Below are positions 45,688 through 55,000 of a stretch of 64,000 bases of DNA, piece after piece (positions within the stretch are counted from its first letter, which is position 1; every line of letters begins with the position of its first letter). Origin of the DNA: an uncultured Erysipelotrichaceae bacterium. Its GTDB lineage: Bacteria > Bacillota_I > Bacilli_A > RFN20 > CAG-826. The stretch lies in contig ONCO01000001.1 of NCBI GenBank assembly GCA_900316365.1, positions 71,380 through 135,379 of the forward strand, written 5' to 3'. A program made the translations under genes and the position numbers. The notes under the pieces were generated by a model. The model did no database searches and was not told the DNA's origin. It was given only the letters and a program-made list of their open reading frames with translations.

Positions 45688-46281
45688 ATGAAAAAAGGTT
45701 TATTGATTATTCTTTCCGGCCCTTCCGGCGTAGGCAAGGGCACCGTCAGACAGGAGATCTTAAAGAACCCGGCTGTCGACCTATATTATTCCGTGTCCCT
45801 CACCACCAGAGCGATGCGCCCAGGCGAAGCTGATGGCCGCGAGTATTATTTCGTCACGAATGAAGAATTCGATGCTAATTTGGCTAACGGCAACCTCCTT
45901 GAATGGAACCAGTTCGTCGGTAACCGTTATGGCACCCCGAAAGACAAAGTCGAAGCCAAGCGACTTGCCGGACATAACGTCCTCCTTGAGATTGACGTCA
46001 ATGGCGCAACTCAGGTCTTGAGCAAGATGAAGGATCCAGGCGTTGTCTCCATCTTCCTCGCCCCGCCAAGCTTTGAATCCCTCGAAGCCAGAATCCGGGG
46101 CAGAAGCACCGAATCCGAAGATGCTATCCAGGCTAGATTAGAGAAAGCCCGCCTCGAGGTTGCCCTCAAAGATCGTTACGACTATGTCGTCGTCAATGAC
46201 ACCGTTGAGCAGGCCGCCAAAGATATTGAGAAAATTATCTTTGATAAAATCCGCGCACTCGACGAAAATGCGATAGAATAA
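45688..46281 (+). CDS. gmk: Guanylate kinase
   Basis: GPSGVGKGT P-loop and TTRAMRPGE..GREYYF. Confidence 0.95.
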   Translation: MKKGLLIILSGPSGVGKGTVRQEILKNPAVDLYYSVSLTTRAMRPGEADGREYYFVTNEEFDANLANGNLLEWNQFVGNRYGTPKDKVEAKRLAGHNVLLEIDVNGATQVLSKMKDPGVVSIFLAPPSFESLEARIRGRSTESEDAIQARLEKARLEVALKDRYDYVVVNDTVEQAAKDIEKIIFDKIRALDENAIE

Positions 46282-46285
46282 CCTC

Positions 46286-48484
46286 GTGAAGGTTCTATCA
46301 GTCTACATTCAATACGACAAGGCCTCCCTTGACCGCCCCTTTTCATATTTATATGAAGGGACAAAGAAAGTGGGGCCGCTTTTTCGTGTCCTTGTGCCAT
46401 TTGGCCATCAGACCATCATGGGCTTTGTCGCTGACGTCCATGAAGTAGAGGAAAGCAAAGAAGAACTTGAAGAGATCAATGGCTACGCCCTCCAATACAT
46501 CATCGATGTGGTGGACGACGAGCCTTTATTGAATGAAGAGCTAAATACTTTGGCGGATGAGGTTGCTAGGTATTATCTATCCCCTAAGGTGGCGGTTCTA
46601 CAAAGTATGTTGCCGTCGTCTTTGAGGCCTAATCGCAGCGCGCTTAATGGCCCGAAGATTGCCTATGACAAATTCGTTGAGCTTATTGACGCGAATGAGG
46701 ATGGCCTCACCAGTGACAAGCAGGTCGAATTACTTAGGCTTATTGCCGCGAATGGCAGGGTGCTGAAGAAAGATTGCTCCTCGCCATCGTCGTTAAAGAA
46801 ACTCATCGAGCTTAAAAAAGTCCGTTACGTCAACGTCGAGAAAGAACGTTTCCATTTGCAAGAATACGAGAAGGAGGAGGCTCACCCCCTCACTTTCGAG
46901 CAGCAAGCCGCCTATGAGCAGATCCTCAAAAGCGAAAAGCATGTCTGTTTATTAGAGGGCGTCACCGGCTCAGGTAAGACGGAGGTCTATCTCCATCTTT
47001 CCGAGGCCTATCTATCCAAAGGCAAAAACGTCTTGATGTTGGTGCCTGAAATCTCCTTAACCCCGATTATGGTTGAGTATTTCTCCAGGCGTTTCCAAGA
47101 CAATGTCGCCATCTTGCATAGCGGTCTAACCCCGGCGGAGAAGTACGACGAATATCGCAAGATTGCCGGCGGAAAAGCCCATATCGTCATTGGTGCTAGA
47201 AGCGCCGTATTTGCCCCATTAGACAACATCGGATTGATAATTCTCGACGAAGAGCATGTCGAATCATACAAACAAGACTCGGTTCCGACCTATCACGCCC
47301 GCGAAGTGGCCATTATGCGCGCCAAACACTTCGACTCTAAAGTGGTCCTTGGTTCGGCTACTCCAAGCCTCGAATCCCGTGCGAGAGCGCAAAAAGGTCT
47401 ATACGAATTTGTGCGTTTAACCAAGAGGGTCAACGAGAGGGCTCTCCCGAAGACCAGCATCATCGATTTGTCGAAGCGAAAAGTCATCTATGCCAAATAC
47501 GATATCTTCTCCGATGCCTTGGTCTCTAAGATAAAGGAAAAGTTGGAGAAACAAGAACAAATCGTCCTCCTTTTGAATAGAAGGGGCTATTCGCCATACA
47601 TCGGCTGCCATGATTGCGGCTATGTCTATACCTGCCCGAATTGCGGTTCTTTCCTTAGCTACCATAAGGCGGACGAGATGCTTAAATGCCATCATTGCGA
47701 TTACGTCCAGAAATACCCTGATTCCTGCCCAGAATGCGGTTCTCATAAAATCAAACGCACCGGATATGGCACGGAGAGGGTTATCAAGAAACTCGCGGAG
47801 ATTTTCCCGTCCGCTCGCATAGCGAGATTAGATAGCGATGTCTCCAGAGTCAGAACCTCGATGCAAAGCACCCTCGAAGGCTTTAGGCATCATGAATTCG
47901 ATATCTTGGTCGGCACCCAGATGATTGCCAAAGGACATGATTTCCCATTGGTTACTCTCGTCGGTGTCGTCCAGGCTGACATTGGTCTATATAGCCCATC
48001 TTATCGGGCTAGCGAAAATACCTTTGAGCTTTTAGCCCAAGCCGTCGGCAGGGCCGGAAGAAGCACCCGTCAAGGCGAGGCCATCATCCAGACCTATAAC
48101 GCGAATAACTATGCGATCACCTATGGTGCATCCCAAGATTACGAGGGATTCTACCTTAAGGAAATGGAGACTAGACGCATTGGCAAATTGCCTCCTTACG
48201 TCTATCTCGTGGTCATCAGGGTCAAGAGCAAAAACGAGGAGAAAGCCAATGAGGCGAGCTTCCAAATCAAGGAGAACCTCGAAGGCAGGCGTTTCGAAAA
48301 TGTAATGGCGGTGGGACCAGCCACACCATATATCGCCATCCAAGGCGGATATTACATCAAGACCATCTTGGTCAAATACCGTAAGAGGGATGAGCTTTTC
48401 CCATATTTGATAGAGCTGCAGAAGAAACTATCGGGAAGAGCCGGAATCGAGATCGAATTTGACGTCGATCCGCTCGATTACTAA
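46286..48484 (+). CDS. priA: Primosomal replication restart helicase PriA
   Basis: GVTGSGKTEVY, a DEEH box, and a Cys-rich zinc insert (CHDCGY..CPNCG..CHHCDY..CPECG). GTG start. Confidence 0.95.
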   Translation: MKVLSVYIQYDKASLDRPFSYLYEGTKKVGPLFRVLVPFGHQTIMGFVADVHEVEESKEELEEINGYALQYIIDVVDDEPLLNEELNTLADEVARYYLSPKVAVLQSMLPSSLRPNRSALNGPKIAYDKFVELIDANEDGLTSDKQVELLRLIAANGRVLKKDCSSPSSLKKLIELKKVRYVNVEKERFHLQEYEKEEAHPLTFEQQAAYEQILKSEKHVCLLEGVTGSGKTEVYLHLSEAYLSKGKNVLMLVPEISLTPIMVEYFSRRFQDNVAILHSGLTPAEKYDEYRKIAGGKAHIVIGARSAVFAPLDNIGLIILDEEHVESYKQDSVPTYHAREVAIMRAKHFDSKVVLGSATPSLESRARAQKGLYEFVRLTKRVNERALPKTSIIDLSKRKVIYAKYDIFSDALVSKIKEKLEKQEQIVLLLNRRGYSPYIGCHDCGYVYTCPNCGSFLSYHKADEMLKCHHCDYVQKYPDSCPECGSHKIKRTGYGTERVIKKLAEIFPSARIARLDSDVSRVRTSMQSTLEGFRHHEFDILVGTQMIAKGHDFPLVTLVGVVQADIGLYSPSYRASENTFELLAQAVGRAGRSTRQGEAIIQTYNANNYAITYGASQDYEGFYLKEMETRRIGKLPPYVYLVVIRVKSKNEEKANEASFQIKENLEGRRFENVMAVGPATPYIAIQGGYYIKTILVKYRKRDELFPYLIELQKKLSGRAGIEIEFDVDPLDY

Positions 48485-48535
48485 TGGCGCTCACGCGTAT
48501 GTGTGTTATACTTGTCCAAATATGAGAGGTAGCAA

Positions 48536-49093
48536 ATGATTACTATTTCATTCCTTGGCCTAGATCAGTTCGTTGTTGGCCACTATTCCAAAGATCACAC
48601 CGCGAATATCGCGAATCTTTTCGAAACCGATGAGGCTTCGATTAATTTCTATGCCCCGAATTCGATGATGTTCCACGCCGGAGTCGAGCAGACTTCCTGG
48701 AACGTCCAGATCATCGTCCGTGCCCCAAAGAAATACCAAGTCCTCGAGGACAAGGTTGCCGAATACATCCTTAAGACCATGACCGACTTTGCGGTCCACG
48801 TCATCCTCGACTTCGAATATTACGACAGCGATTCTCATTACGAGAACATCAACCCTTCCTATCCGCGCTATATGGCGCCATCCAACATCAAGGACGAATA
48901 CAACTATTCCGAAGATGAGGAGGAAGCGGAAGAGGAGCATCATCACCATCATCACCACGATGAGGATGAGGCTGACGAAGCTGAAGAGGCCGAATTAAAT
49001 CCGGACGATCCAGATTCGATCTATCTCGGCAACGCCTTCGAAGGTTTCGAAGAAAAAATTGCCGCGAAGCAGGCCGAAAACAAAAAGAAGTAA
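48536..49093 (+). CDS. DUF1904-like (tautomerase-fold-like) protein with an acidic, His7-containing C-terminal tail
   Basis: The N-terminal ~105 aa resemble DUF1904 from memory (…F.G…S…IA…F…W..V.I…KVAEYI…YEN). The tail is EDEEEAEEEHHHHHHHDEDEADEAEEAE. RBS is GAGAGG. Confidence 0.6.
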   Translation: MITISFLGLDQFVVGHYSKDHTANIANLFETDEASINFYAPNSMMFHAGVEQTSWNVQIIVRAPKKYQVLEDKVAEYILKTMTDFAVHVILDFEYYDSDSHYENINPSYPRYMAPSNIKDEYNYSEDEEEAEEEHHHHHHHDEDEADEAEEAELNPDDPDSIYLGNAFEGFEEKIAAKQAENKKK

Positions 49094-49111
49094 GACGAAG
49101 GAGTTATTAGT

Positions 49112-50437
49112 ATGAAGGAATTAGACTTATCCGTTGAAATCATTGCCGATATCGTCGATAACGGCGTCAAATTCAACGACGCCTTGAAGGCGAAGTTCCA
49201 GAGCGATGTCGAAATCCGCCCATTCCGCAAGGACGTCGCCGGCTTAGTCGGCTGCGAACTCAGGCACGACATCCTTTTCGCCTATCTCCTCAAAGGCTTC
49301 GACTGGGCTCCAGAAGATAAGCGCGTCGCCAGCGTCTTGCTCGCCAATAACTATTTCTACAAGCACTTCCCAGCCGACATGGTGAAGGCCGCCGCCGCCG
49401 AGAAACTCGGTGAAGAGAAGATGGCCGCCCTCGCTGACCTCCTTGCCAAAGAAGGCAATCCAGAGGCCTTTGTCCCTGAAAATATCAAGAAAGGCTCCCT
49501 TGAATACCTTTCCCTCCGTTATAACACCCCGATGTGGGTCCTTAAGATTTGGGAACACTTCGGCTATGGCATCGCCTATCGCGTCCTCCGCAAGAACATC
49601 CGCCCAAGAGGCTTGACCCTCCGTGTCAGAAACCTCCCAGGCTTAGCGGAACAGGTCGCCGCCAGCGCCGACTACCAGTCCACCGCGGTCGAAGGCATCG
49701 TCTCCTATCAGGGCAAGACCCCAATCCGCAAAGTCGACTTAGTCAAAAACGGCTCCCTCTTCGAAGAAAAGACCGCCATCAAGGCCATCCTTGATCAGGT
49801 CAAGGTCTCCGAACCGGGCGAATTCTTCCTTTTCTCCGACTTAAAGCACGACCAGGCCATCAAGGAACTCGTCGAAGAATACGGCGAGAACATCGGCCTC
49901 AATGTCGGCGTTGCTTCCTTAGACAACGAGCACGCTGACGCGGTTAGATTCATCAAGGAGAAGAAACTCCGCAACGTTAACCTATTCGCTTCCGCTGCCG
50001 ATGGCTTTGAAGCGTCTATCTCCCGTCCGCAGGACGTCGTCGCCGTCTTCGCCAACAGCACCGATTTCGATGCCATCCGCGAAACCCCAGATTTCTTCGT
50101 CCATTGCAAGACCGAACAACTCGATGAGCTCATCCAGAGACAGAAGGACCTCCTTAACGGTGCCGCTCCATTCGTCGCTATGGATGGCAGACTCGTTTAC
50201 TGCGTCTTCACCCTTTCTAAGAAAGAAGGCCGCAACCAGGTCTCCGAATTCATCAAGACCCACGACGAATTCACCCTTGAGAAGGAAGTTCAGCTCTTCC
50301 CATACGATAACCTCGACTCCACTTGCTACTACGCCATCCTCAAGAAGGGTGCCAAATTAGCCAAGGCCACCCCGAATATCCCGGAGTCCGCGCTTCTTAA
50401 GCCAGCCAAGGCGGAGCTCAGAGCGGAGGGAGAATAA
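49112..50437 (+). CDS. RsmB/Sun-like protein lacking the SAM-binding and catalytic Cys motifs (probable pseudo-methyltransferase)
   Basis: NusB-like N-terminus and RsmB-like core (LSLRYNTPMWVLKIWEHFG, LRVRN) at the syntenic rsmB position. However, motif I reads EFFLFSDLKHDQ, DAPCSG reads VFANSTD, and TCS reads VFTL. Confidence 0.75.
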   Translation: MKELDLSVEIIADIVDNGVKFNDALKAKFQSDVEIRPFRKDVAGLVGCELRHDILFAYLLKGFDWAPEDKRVASVLLANNYFYKHFPADMVKAAAAEKLGEEKMAALADLLAKEGNPEAFVPENIKKGSLEYLSLRYNTPMWVLKIWEHFGYGIAYRVLRKNIRPRGLTLRVRNLPGLAEQVAASADYQSTAVEGIVSYQGKTPIRKVDLVKNGSLFEEKTAIKAILDQVKVSEPGEFFLFSDLKHDQAIKELVEEYGENIGLNVGVASLDNEHADAVRFIKEKKLRNVNLFASAADGFEASISRPQDVVAVFANSTDFDAIRETPDFFVHCKTEQLDELIQRQKDLLNGAAPFVAMDGRLVYCVFTLSKKEGRNQVSEFIKTHDEFTLEKEVQLFPYDNLDSTCYYAILKKGAKLAKATPNIPESALLKPAKAELRAEGE

Positions 50438-50442
50438 GAGAA

Positions 50443-51492
50443 ATGCCGAAGAAGAATCTTTTCGGCTACCCCATCCAAGAGCTCCAAGACGAGCTCGTAG
50501 CCCGCGGTGAAAGCAAATTCCGCGCGAAGCAGCTTTTCGAATGGATCTACGGCAAGAAGGTCTATGACTTCGACGCCATGACCAATGTCTCCAAGGCCTT
50601 CCGCGAAGTCCTCAAAGATGAATATTGCTTAGAATTACCGAAACTCTATACCCGTCAGGATGCCAAAGACGGCACGATCAAACTCCTCCTCGAGATGGAG
50701 GATGGCTCCAAGGTCGAGACCGTTTTAATGCGTTATAACTATGGCAATGTCTGCTGCGTCTCCAGCCAGGTCGGCTGCAACATGGGCTGCGCTTTCTGCG
50801 CCTCTGGCCTATTGAAACGAGACCGCAACCTAACCGCCGCGGAAATGGTAGGTGAAGTCCTTATCCTCAACCAGATCCTTGCCGAGGAAGGGGAGAATGT
50901 CTCCCATATCGTCGTCATGGGTACCGGCGAGCCTTTCGATAACTATGAGAACGTCATGCGCTTTGTCCATATCATGAACGACCCATTCGCCCTCGCGATC
51001 GGCGCTAGACACATCACCGTCTCTACCTGCGGTTTAGTCCCAGGCATCATGAAATACGCCGAGGAGACCATCCAAATCAACCTCGCTATTTCTTTGCATG
51101 CCCCAAACGACAAAATCCGTAACCAGATCATGCCAGTCTCCAGGGCTTATCCTATGGATAAACTCATCGAGGCCATCAAGTACTACGAAGAAAAAGGCGG
51201 CCGCAGGGTCACCTTTGAATACATCCTCATCGCCGGTCTTAACGACTCGATGAAGGAAGCGGATGAATTAGCCAAACTCATCCATGACAATCACATCTAC
51301 GCTTACGTCAACCTCATCCCGGTCAACCCAGTGAAGGAGAAGGGTTTCCTCCGCCCAAGCGAGAAAGCCATCCATGCCTTCCATGACCGTTTGATGAAAG
51401 CTGGCGTCAACACCACCGTCCGTAAAGAATTCGGCACCGATATCGATGGTGCCTGCGGACAGCTTAGAGCCAAAGTCGAAGGGAAACTATAA
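50443..51492 (+). CDS. rlmN: 23S rRNA/tRNA A2503 C2-methyltransferase RlmN (radical SAM)
   Basis: CNMGCAFCASG radical-SAM cluster motif and the conserved C-terminal GACGQL. Confidence 0.95.
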   Translation: MPKKNLFGYPIQELQDELVARGESKFRAKQLFEWIYGKKVYDFDAMTNVSKAFREVLKDEYCLELPKLYTRQDAKDGTIKLLLEMEDGSKVETVLMRYNYGNVCCVSSQVGCNMGCAFCASGLLKRDRNLTAAEMVGEVLILNQILAEEGENVSHIVVMGTGEPFDNYENVMRFVHIMNDPFALAIGARHITVSTCGLVPGIMKYAEETIQINLAISLHAPNDKIRNQIMPVSRAYPMDKLIEAIKYYEEKGGRRVTFEYILIAGLNDSMKEADELAKLIHDNHIYAYVNLIPVNPVKEKGFLRPSEKAIHAFHDRLMKAGVNTTVRKEFGTDIDGACGQLRAKVEGKL

Positions 51493-51494
51493 CG

Positions 51495-52247
51495 ATGCCG
51501 AAGCGTTACAAAGGCAACATAGCTTTCAAGACCGATCAGGGCCGCGTCCGCATCAACAACGAGGACCAGGCCAGAGCCGCCATCAATAGCCAGGGTGACG
51601 TTCTTTTGATCGTCTGCGATGGCATGGGCGGTCAGAACAAAGGAGACTATGCCTCCCGTTTGGCCGTCGAGACCATCATTGAAGCCTTCCGTAACAAGGA
51701 AATGAAAGGCCCTCTTTTCTTCCGCAAACTCTGGTTCGAAGGCATCATCAAGAAAGCCAATTCCGCTATCTTCGACGAAGCCCAGAAGAGCGACGAATAC
51801 AAAGACATGGGCACGACCCTAGTCGCTTGCTATATCACCGGCGAGAAGCTCGTCGTCTTCAATATCGGCGATTCCCGCGCTTACTGGCTCAAGAACAATC
51901 GCCTTGAACGTCTTTCCGAAGACCAGACCTACGTCGATTACCTTTACCGCACCGGCAAAATCACCAAGGATGAGACTATGTCTCACCCAGACCGCCACGT
52001 CTTAATGAATGCCCTTGGCATTTATCCATCTTGCTCGATGGACGTTAAGACCTACGCCTACCATGGCGAAAGGGTGATCCTTTGCTCCGATGGTCTATAT
52101 AACAACGTCAGCGAGACCGAGATTTCTCAGGTCGTCTCGACCGATGAACGTCCTGACCAAAAGGTCTCATCCCTCATCAACGAGGCAAATCTAAACGGCG
52201 GCTCCGACAATATCGGCATCGCCTATTGGGAGGCTTTCGATGATTAA
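51495..52247 (+). CDS. prpC: PP2C-family Ser/Thr phosphatase
   Basis: NEDQ..., VCDGMGG, GDSRAY, DGL...., NGGSDNI motifs. Confidence 0.9.
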   Translation: MPKRYKGNIAFKTDQGRVRINNEDQARAAINSQGDVLLIVCDGMGGQNKGDYASRLAVETIIEAFRNKEMKGPLFFRKLWFEGIIKKANSAIFDEAQKSDEYKDMGTTLVACYITGEKLVVFNIGDSRAYWLKNNRLERLSEDQTYVDYLYRTGKITKDETMSHPDRHVLMNALGIYPSCSMDVKTYAYHGERVILCSDGLYNNVSETEISQVVSTDERPDQKVSSLINEANLNGGSDNIGIAYWEAFDD

Positions 52248-53112
52248 GATCGGCGACAAAATCGATGGGCGTTATCGCATCGTGAGCCGCGTGGCGACCG
52301 GTGGCATGGCGGATGTCTATGAGGCGAATGACACCGTCACCCGCAAAGTGGTCTCCATCAAGGTCATGAGGAGCGAGCTTTTAAACGACCCGAAAAACAT
52401 CGAGCGCTTCCAGAATGAATGCGAAGCGGCTTCCTCTTTGAATAACCCTAACGTAGTTAAGGTCTATGGCAGTGGCTTCATCGAAGGCCGTCCGTATATG
52501 GCCAACGAATTCATCAAAGGCCAGACCCTCCGCGATAAGCTCCGCTTCCAGGTGGCCTTATCTTTAAGCGACGCCTGCGAGGTTATGCTTCAGCTTACCA
52601 ACGGCATCGACTACATCCATAAGCACGGTATCATCCACCGTGACATTAAACCTGAGAACTTGTTCTATCTAAGCGATGGCACGGTCAAGATCACCGACTT
52701 CGGCATCGCTTCCCCGATCGGCGCGAAGGAGAAGGGGGACGCCATCCAAGGCACCATCTTCTATTGCGCTCCGGAAATCATCATCGGCCAGGCCGCGACC
52801 GAAGCTAGCGACGTCTATTCCATGGGCGTTCTCTTCTTCGAGCTTTTGACCGGCCGCGTGCCATTCGATGGCAAAACCTTGGAGGATGTCGCCTGCAAAG
52901 TCGTTAAGCAGCGCTTCCCAGAACCTAGCAAAATCATGCCGTCCATCCCGACGAGCATCGATAAAATCATCATCACCGCCTGCAGGAAACGCCCGAATGA
53001 GCGTTATGCCTCGGCGCTTGAGATGCACGACGCCATTCGTAAAGCCATGGCGGACAAAGAGAATTTCAAGGAGAAGAAGAGCTTCCTAAGCAAAATCTTC
53101 GGTTTCAAATGA
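52240..53112 (+). CDS. prkC: Hanks-type Ser/Thr protein kinase: catalytic domain only, no TM or PASTA domains
   Basis: GGMADVY...VSIKV, HRDIKPEN, DFG and APE motifs. It ends after 290 aa. Confidence 0.9.
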   Translation: MIKIGDKIDGRYRIVSRVATGGMADVYEANDTVTRKVVSIKVMRSELLNDPKNIERFQNECEAASSLNNPNVVKVYGSGFIEGRPYMANEFIKGQTLRDKLRFQVALSLSDACEVMLQLTNGIDYIHKHGIIHRDIKPENLFYLSDGTVKITDFGIASPIGAKEKGDAIQGTIFYCAPEIIIGQAATEASDVYSMGVLFFELLTGRVPFDGKTLEDVACKVVKQRFPEPSKIMPSIPTSIDKIIITACRKRPNERYASALEMHDAIRKAMADKENFKEKKSFLSKIFGFK

Positions 53113-53777
53113 GCAAAGTTATCCTCGCACCATCAATCCTTACCGCTAACACCAGGTATCTCGACATTGAATTAGGCATCGCTGAATTCAGCGGAGCTGA
53201 ATATATCCATGTCGACATCATGGACGGCCTTTTCGTCGCCAATAAAACCTGGGATGCCTCTTTCCTTGCCTCTTTCAGCAAGAAGACCAAGTTAGTCAAG
53301 GACGTCCATATCATGGTAGTCGAGCCATGGAAGTGGATCGTTCGTCTCGCCAAGGCCGGTGCGGATATCATCACCTTCCATTTGGAAGCCTGCAAAGATG
53401 AGCAGGACGTCACCCGCACCATCGACTTAATCCATAAATGCGGCAAGAAGGCCGGCATCGCGATCAGTCCAAATACGACCTCCCACGCCTTATTCCCGTT
53501 CATCCATAAACTTGAGCAGATTCTCATCATGACCGTCGTTCCAGGCAAAGGCGGGCAGAGCTTCTTGCCTAGCGCCCTCGCCAAAGTCCGCGAGATCCGT
53601 CATGAGATTGATGAATTCACCATTGGTGAGAAACCGCTTATCGAGGTCGATGGCGGCATCAACCGCTTAACCGGTCGCCTGGCTCGAGAAGCCGGCGCGG
53701 ATATTCTCGTCGCAGGCAGCTACCTCTATGGCCATCCTGATTTCAAGGAGAGGGCCGCTCACTTATTGAAGCTATGA
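53109..53777 (+). CDS. rpe: Ribulose-phosphate 3-epimerase
   Basis: APSILTAN...HVDIMDGLFV...MTVVPGKGGQ...EVDGGI. Confidence 0.9.
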   Translation: MSKVILAPSILTANTRYLDIELGIAEFSGAEYIHVDIMDGLFVANKTWDASFLASFSKKTKLVKDVHIMVVEPWKWIVRLAKAGADIITFHLEACKDEQDVTRTIDLIHKCGKKAGIAISPNTTSHALFPFIHKLEQILIMTVVPGKGGQSFLPSALAKVREIRHEIDEFTIGEKPLIEVDGGINRLTGRLAREAGADILVAGSYLYGHPDFKERAAHLLKL

Positions 53778-54481
53778 TATTCACATTAGAGACCCTTCCA
53801 TCCTTACCCTTTGTCTTGGCGGGGTCTCTTTTGTTTTCCTTCCTCCTTTTCCTTTTTTCGGGGCGTTTTGTATCCGAAAAAGCCAATAAAGAGCCTTATA
53901 GCCTATTAAGAGATTTCCCTTTTGAGATCTTCCCTAAAGAGAATAAGAAAGAGTCCAATATCCTCAAGGTGATGTATCTCATCTATGCCGTAATCGGCTT
54001 GGGGCTTGTCTATCTCTTCGCATCCTCTTTCTTCGTCTTGCCTAGCCCTTTGACTTCTCTTGGTTTGGTCGCCGCGCTTGTTCTGCTGGCTAGAGCAATC
54101 GTCTCCTTCGCTTTGATCCTTTTGCCGGCTTATTACCACAAAGCCCATATCAAATTGGACGCGCTTGGATATTCTTTAAGCGTGGTCTCCGCTATTGTTT
54201 CTGGTTTATTCATCGTGAGGATCAATTCGCAGCCGATCGGAGTATCTTCCGTCTTTGGTTTTGTAGCGGAAGCGCTCGGTTTGATTCTCGCCCTCTCCAT
54301 GCTTAGTCCAAGGTTTAAGGATTGGGTGAATTATTCCGCCAAAGAAGAAAACGGGGAGACTTTGGTTTCGAGGCCGCGCTTCTTCATTTTGGCTGCAGGG
54401 GAATGGTTCTTGTATCTAATGAATGTAGCGGTGGACGTCATCCTTTATATATCAATAGGTTTATATATCTTGGGTCTCTAA
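53774..54481 (+). CDS. Polytopic membrane protein, function unknown
   Basis: About 6 hydrophobic helices, with an ATGA overlap onto rpe. Confidence 0.6.
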   Translation: MIFTLETLPSLPFVLAGSLLFSFLLFLFSGRFVSEKANKEPYSLLRDFPFEIFPKENKKESNILKVMYLIYAVIGLGLVYLFASSFFVLPSPLTSLGLVAALVLLARAIVSFALILLPAYYHKAHIKLDALGYSLSVVSAIVSGLFIVRINSQPIGVSSVFGFVAEALGLILALSMLSPRFKDWVNYSAKEENGETLVSRPRFFILAAGEWFLYLMNVAVDVILYISIGLYILGL

Positions 54482-54558
54482 AGCCTAAGGCATTAACTCC
54501 ACTATTGCGACGGATTCGACCGCAAATAATAATGGTAAAATTAGAATTCAAAGACACG

Positions 54559-54590
54559 AAAAAAGGGCTCATTTCAGAGCCCTATTTCTT
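54559..54590. terminator. Bidirectional terminator (rpmB and the upstream + operon)
   Basis: AAAAAA-GGGCTC-ATTTCA-GAGCCC-TATTTCTT. Confidence 0.7.
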
Positions 54591-54604
54591 CATCGGTAAA
54601 AGAC

Positions 54605-54805
54605 TTACTTCGCTTTCTTAGCGGTGGTCTTAGTGAGGGAGCGATAAGCGCGGGCGCTCATGCGGACCTCGACCATTTTGCCATCGATCTCGACTTTATA
54701 CTTCTGGAGATTGACGTTCCAGCGTCTTCTGGTGGCACGTAAGCTGTGGCTGCGGTTATTTCCGCTGACCGGGCCTTTGCCGGTGACTGGGCATACTCTA
54801 GACAT
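54605..54805 (-). CDS. rpmB: 50S ribosomal protein L28
   Basis: MSRVCPVTGKGPVSGNNRSHSLRATRRRWNVNLQ is the canonical L28 sequence. RBS is GAGGTGA. Start trimmed to ATG 54805. Confidence 0.95.
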   Translation of the reverse strand: MSRVCPVTGKGPVSGNNRSHSLRATRRRWNVNLQKYKVEIDGKMVEVRMSARAYRSLTKTTAKKAK

Positions 54806-54839
54806 AATTCTCACCTCGTTTGCGATAAACGCGTGTAAG

Positions 54840-54868
54840 AATATAGCATAGTGAGCCTACGTTGACAA
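54840..54868 (-). promoter_or_regulatory. Sigma-70-type promoter for rpmB
   Basis: Minus strand TTGTCA-N17-TATATT. Confidence 0.5.
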
Positions 54869-55000
54869 ACAAAAAATCTCATTTTCTAAACTCCGTTAGA
54901 AGAAAGCGTGAAAACGTGAGTAAAAAAATGCAAAAGCGAATCATTCTTGTCTTCTATGATGTATCATAGAGAGGAATTCAAAAAGAAAGGTTTTAGAAAC

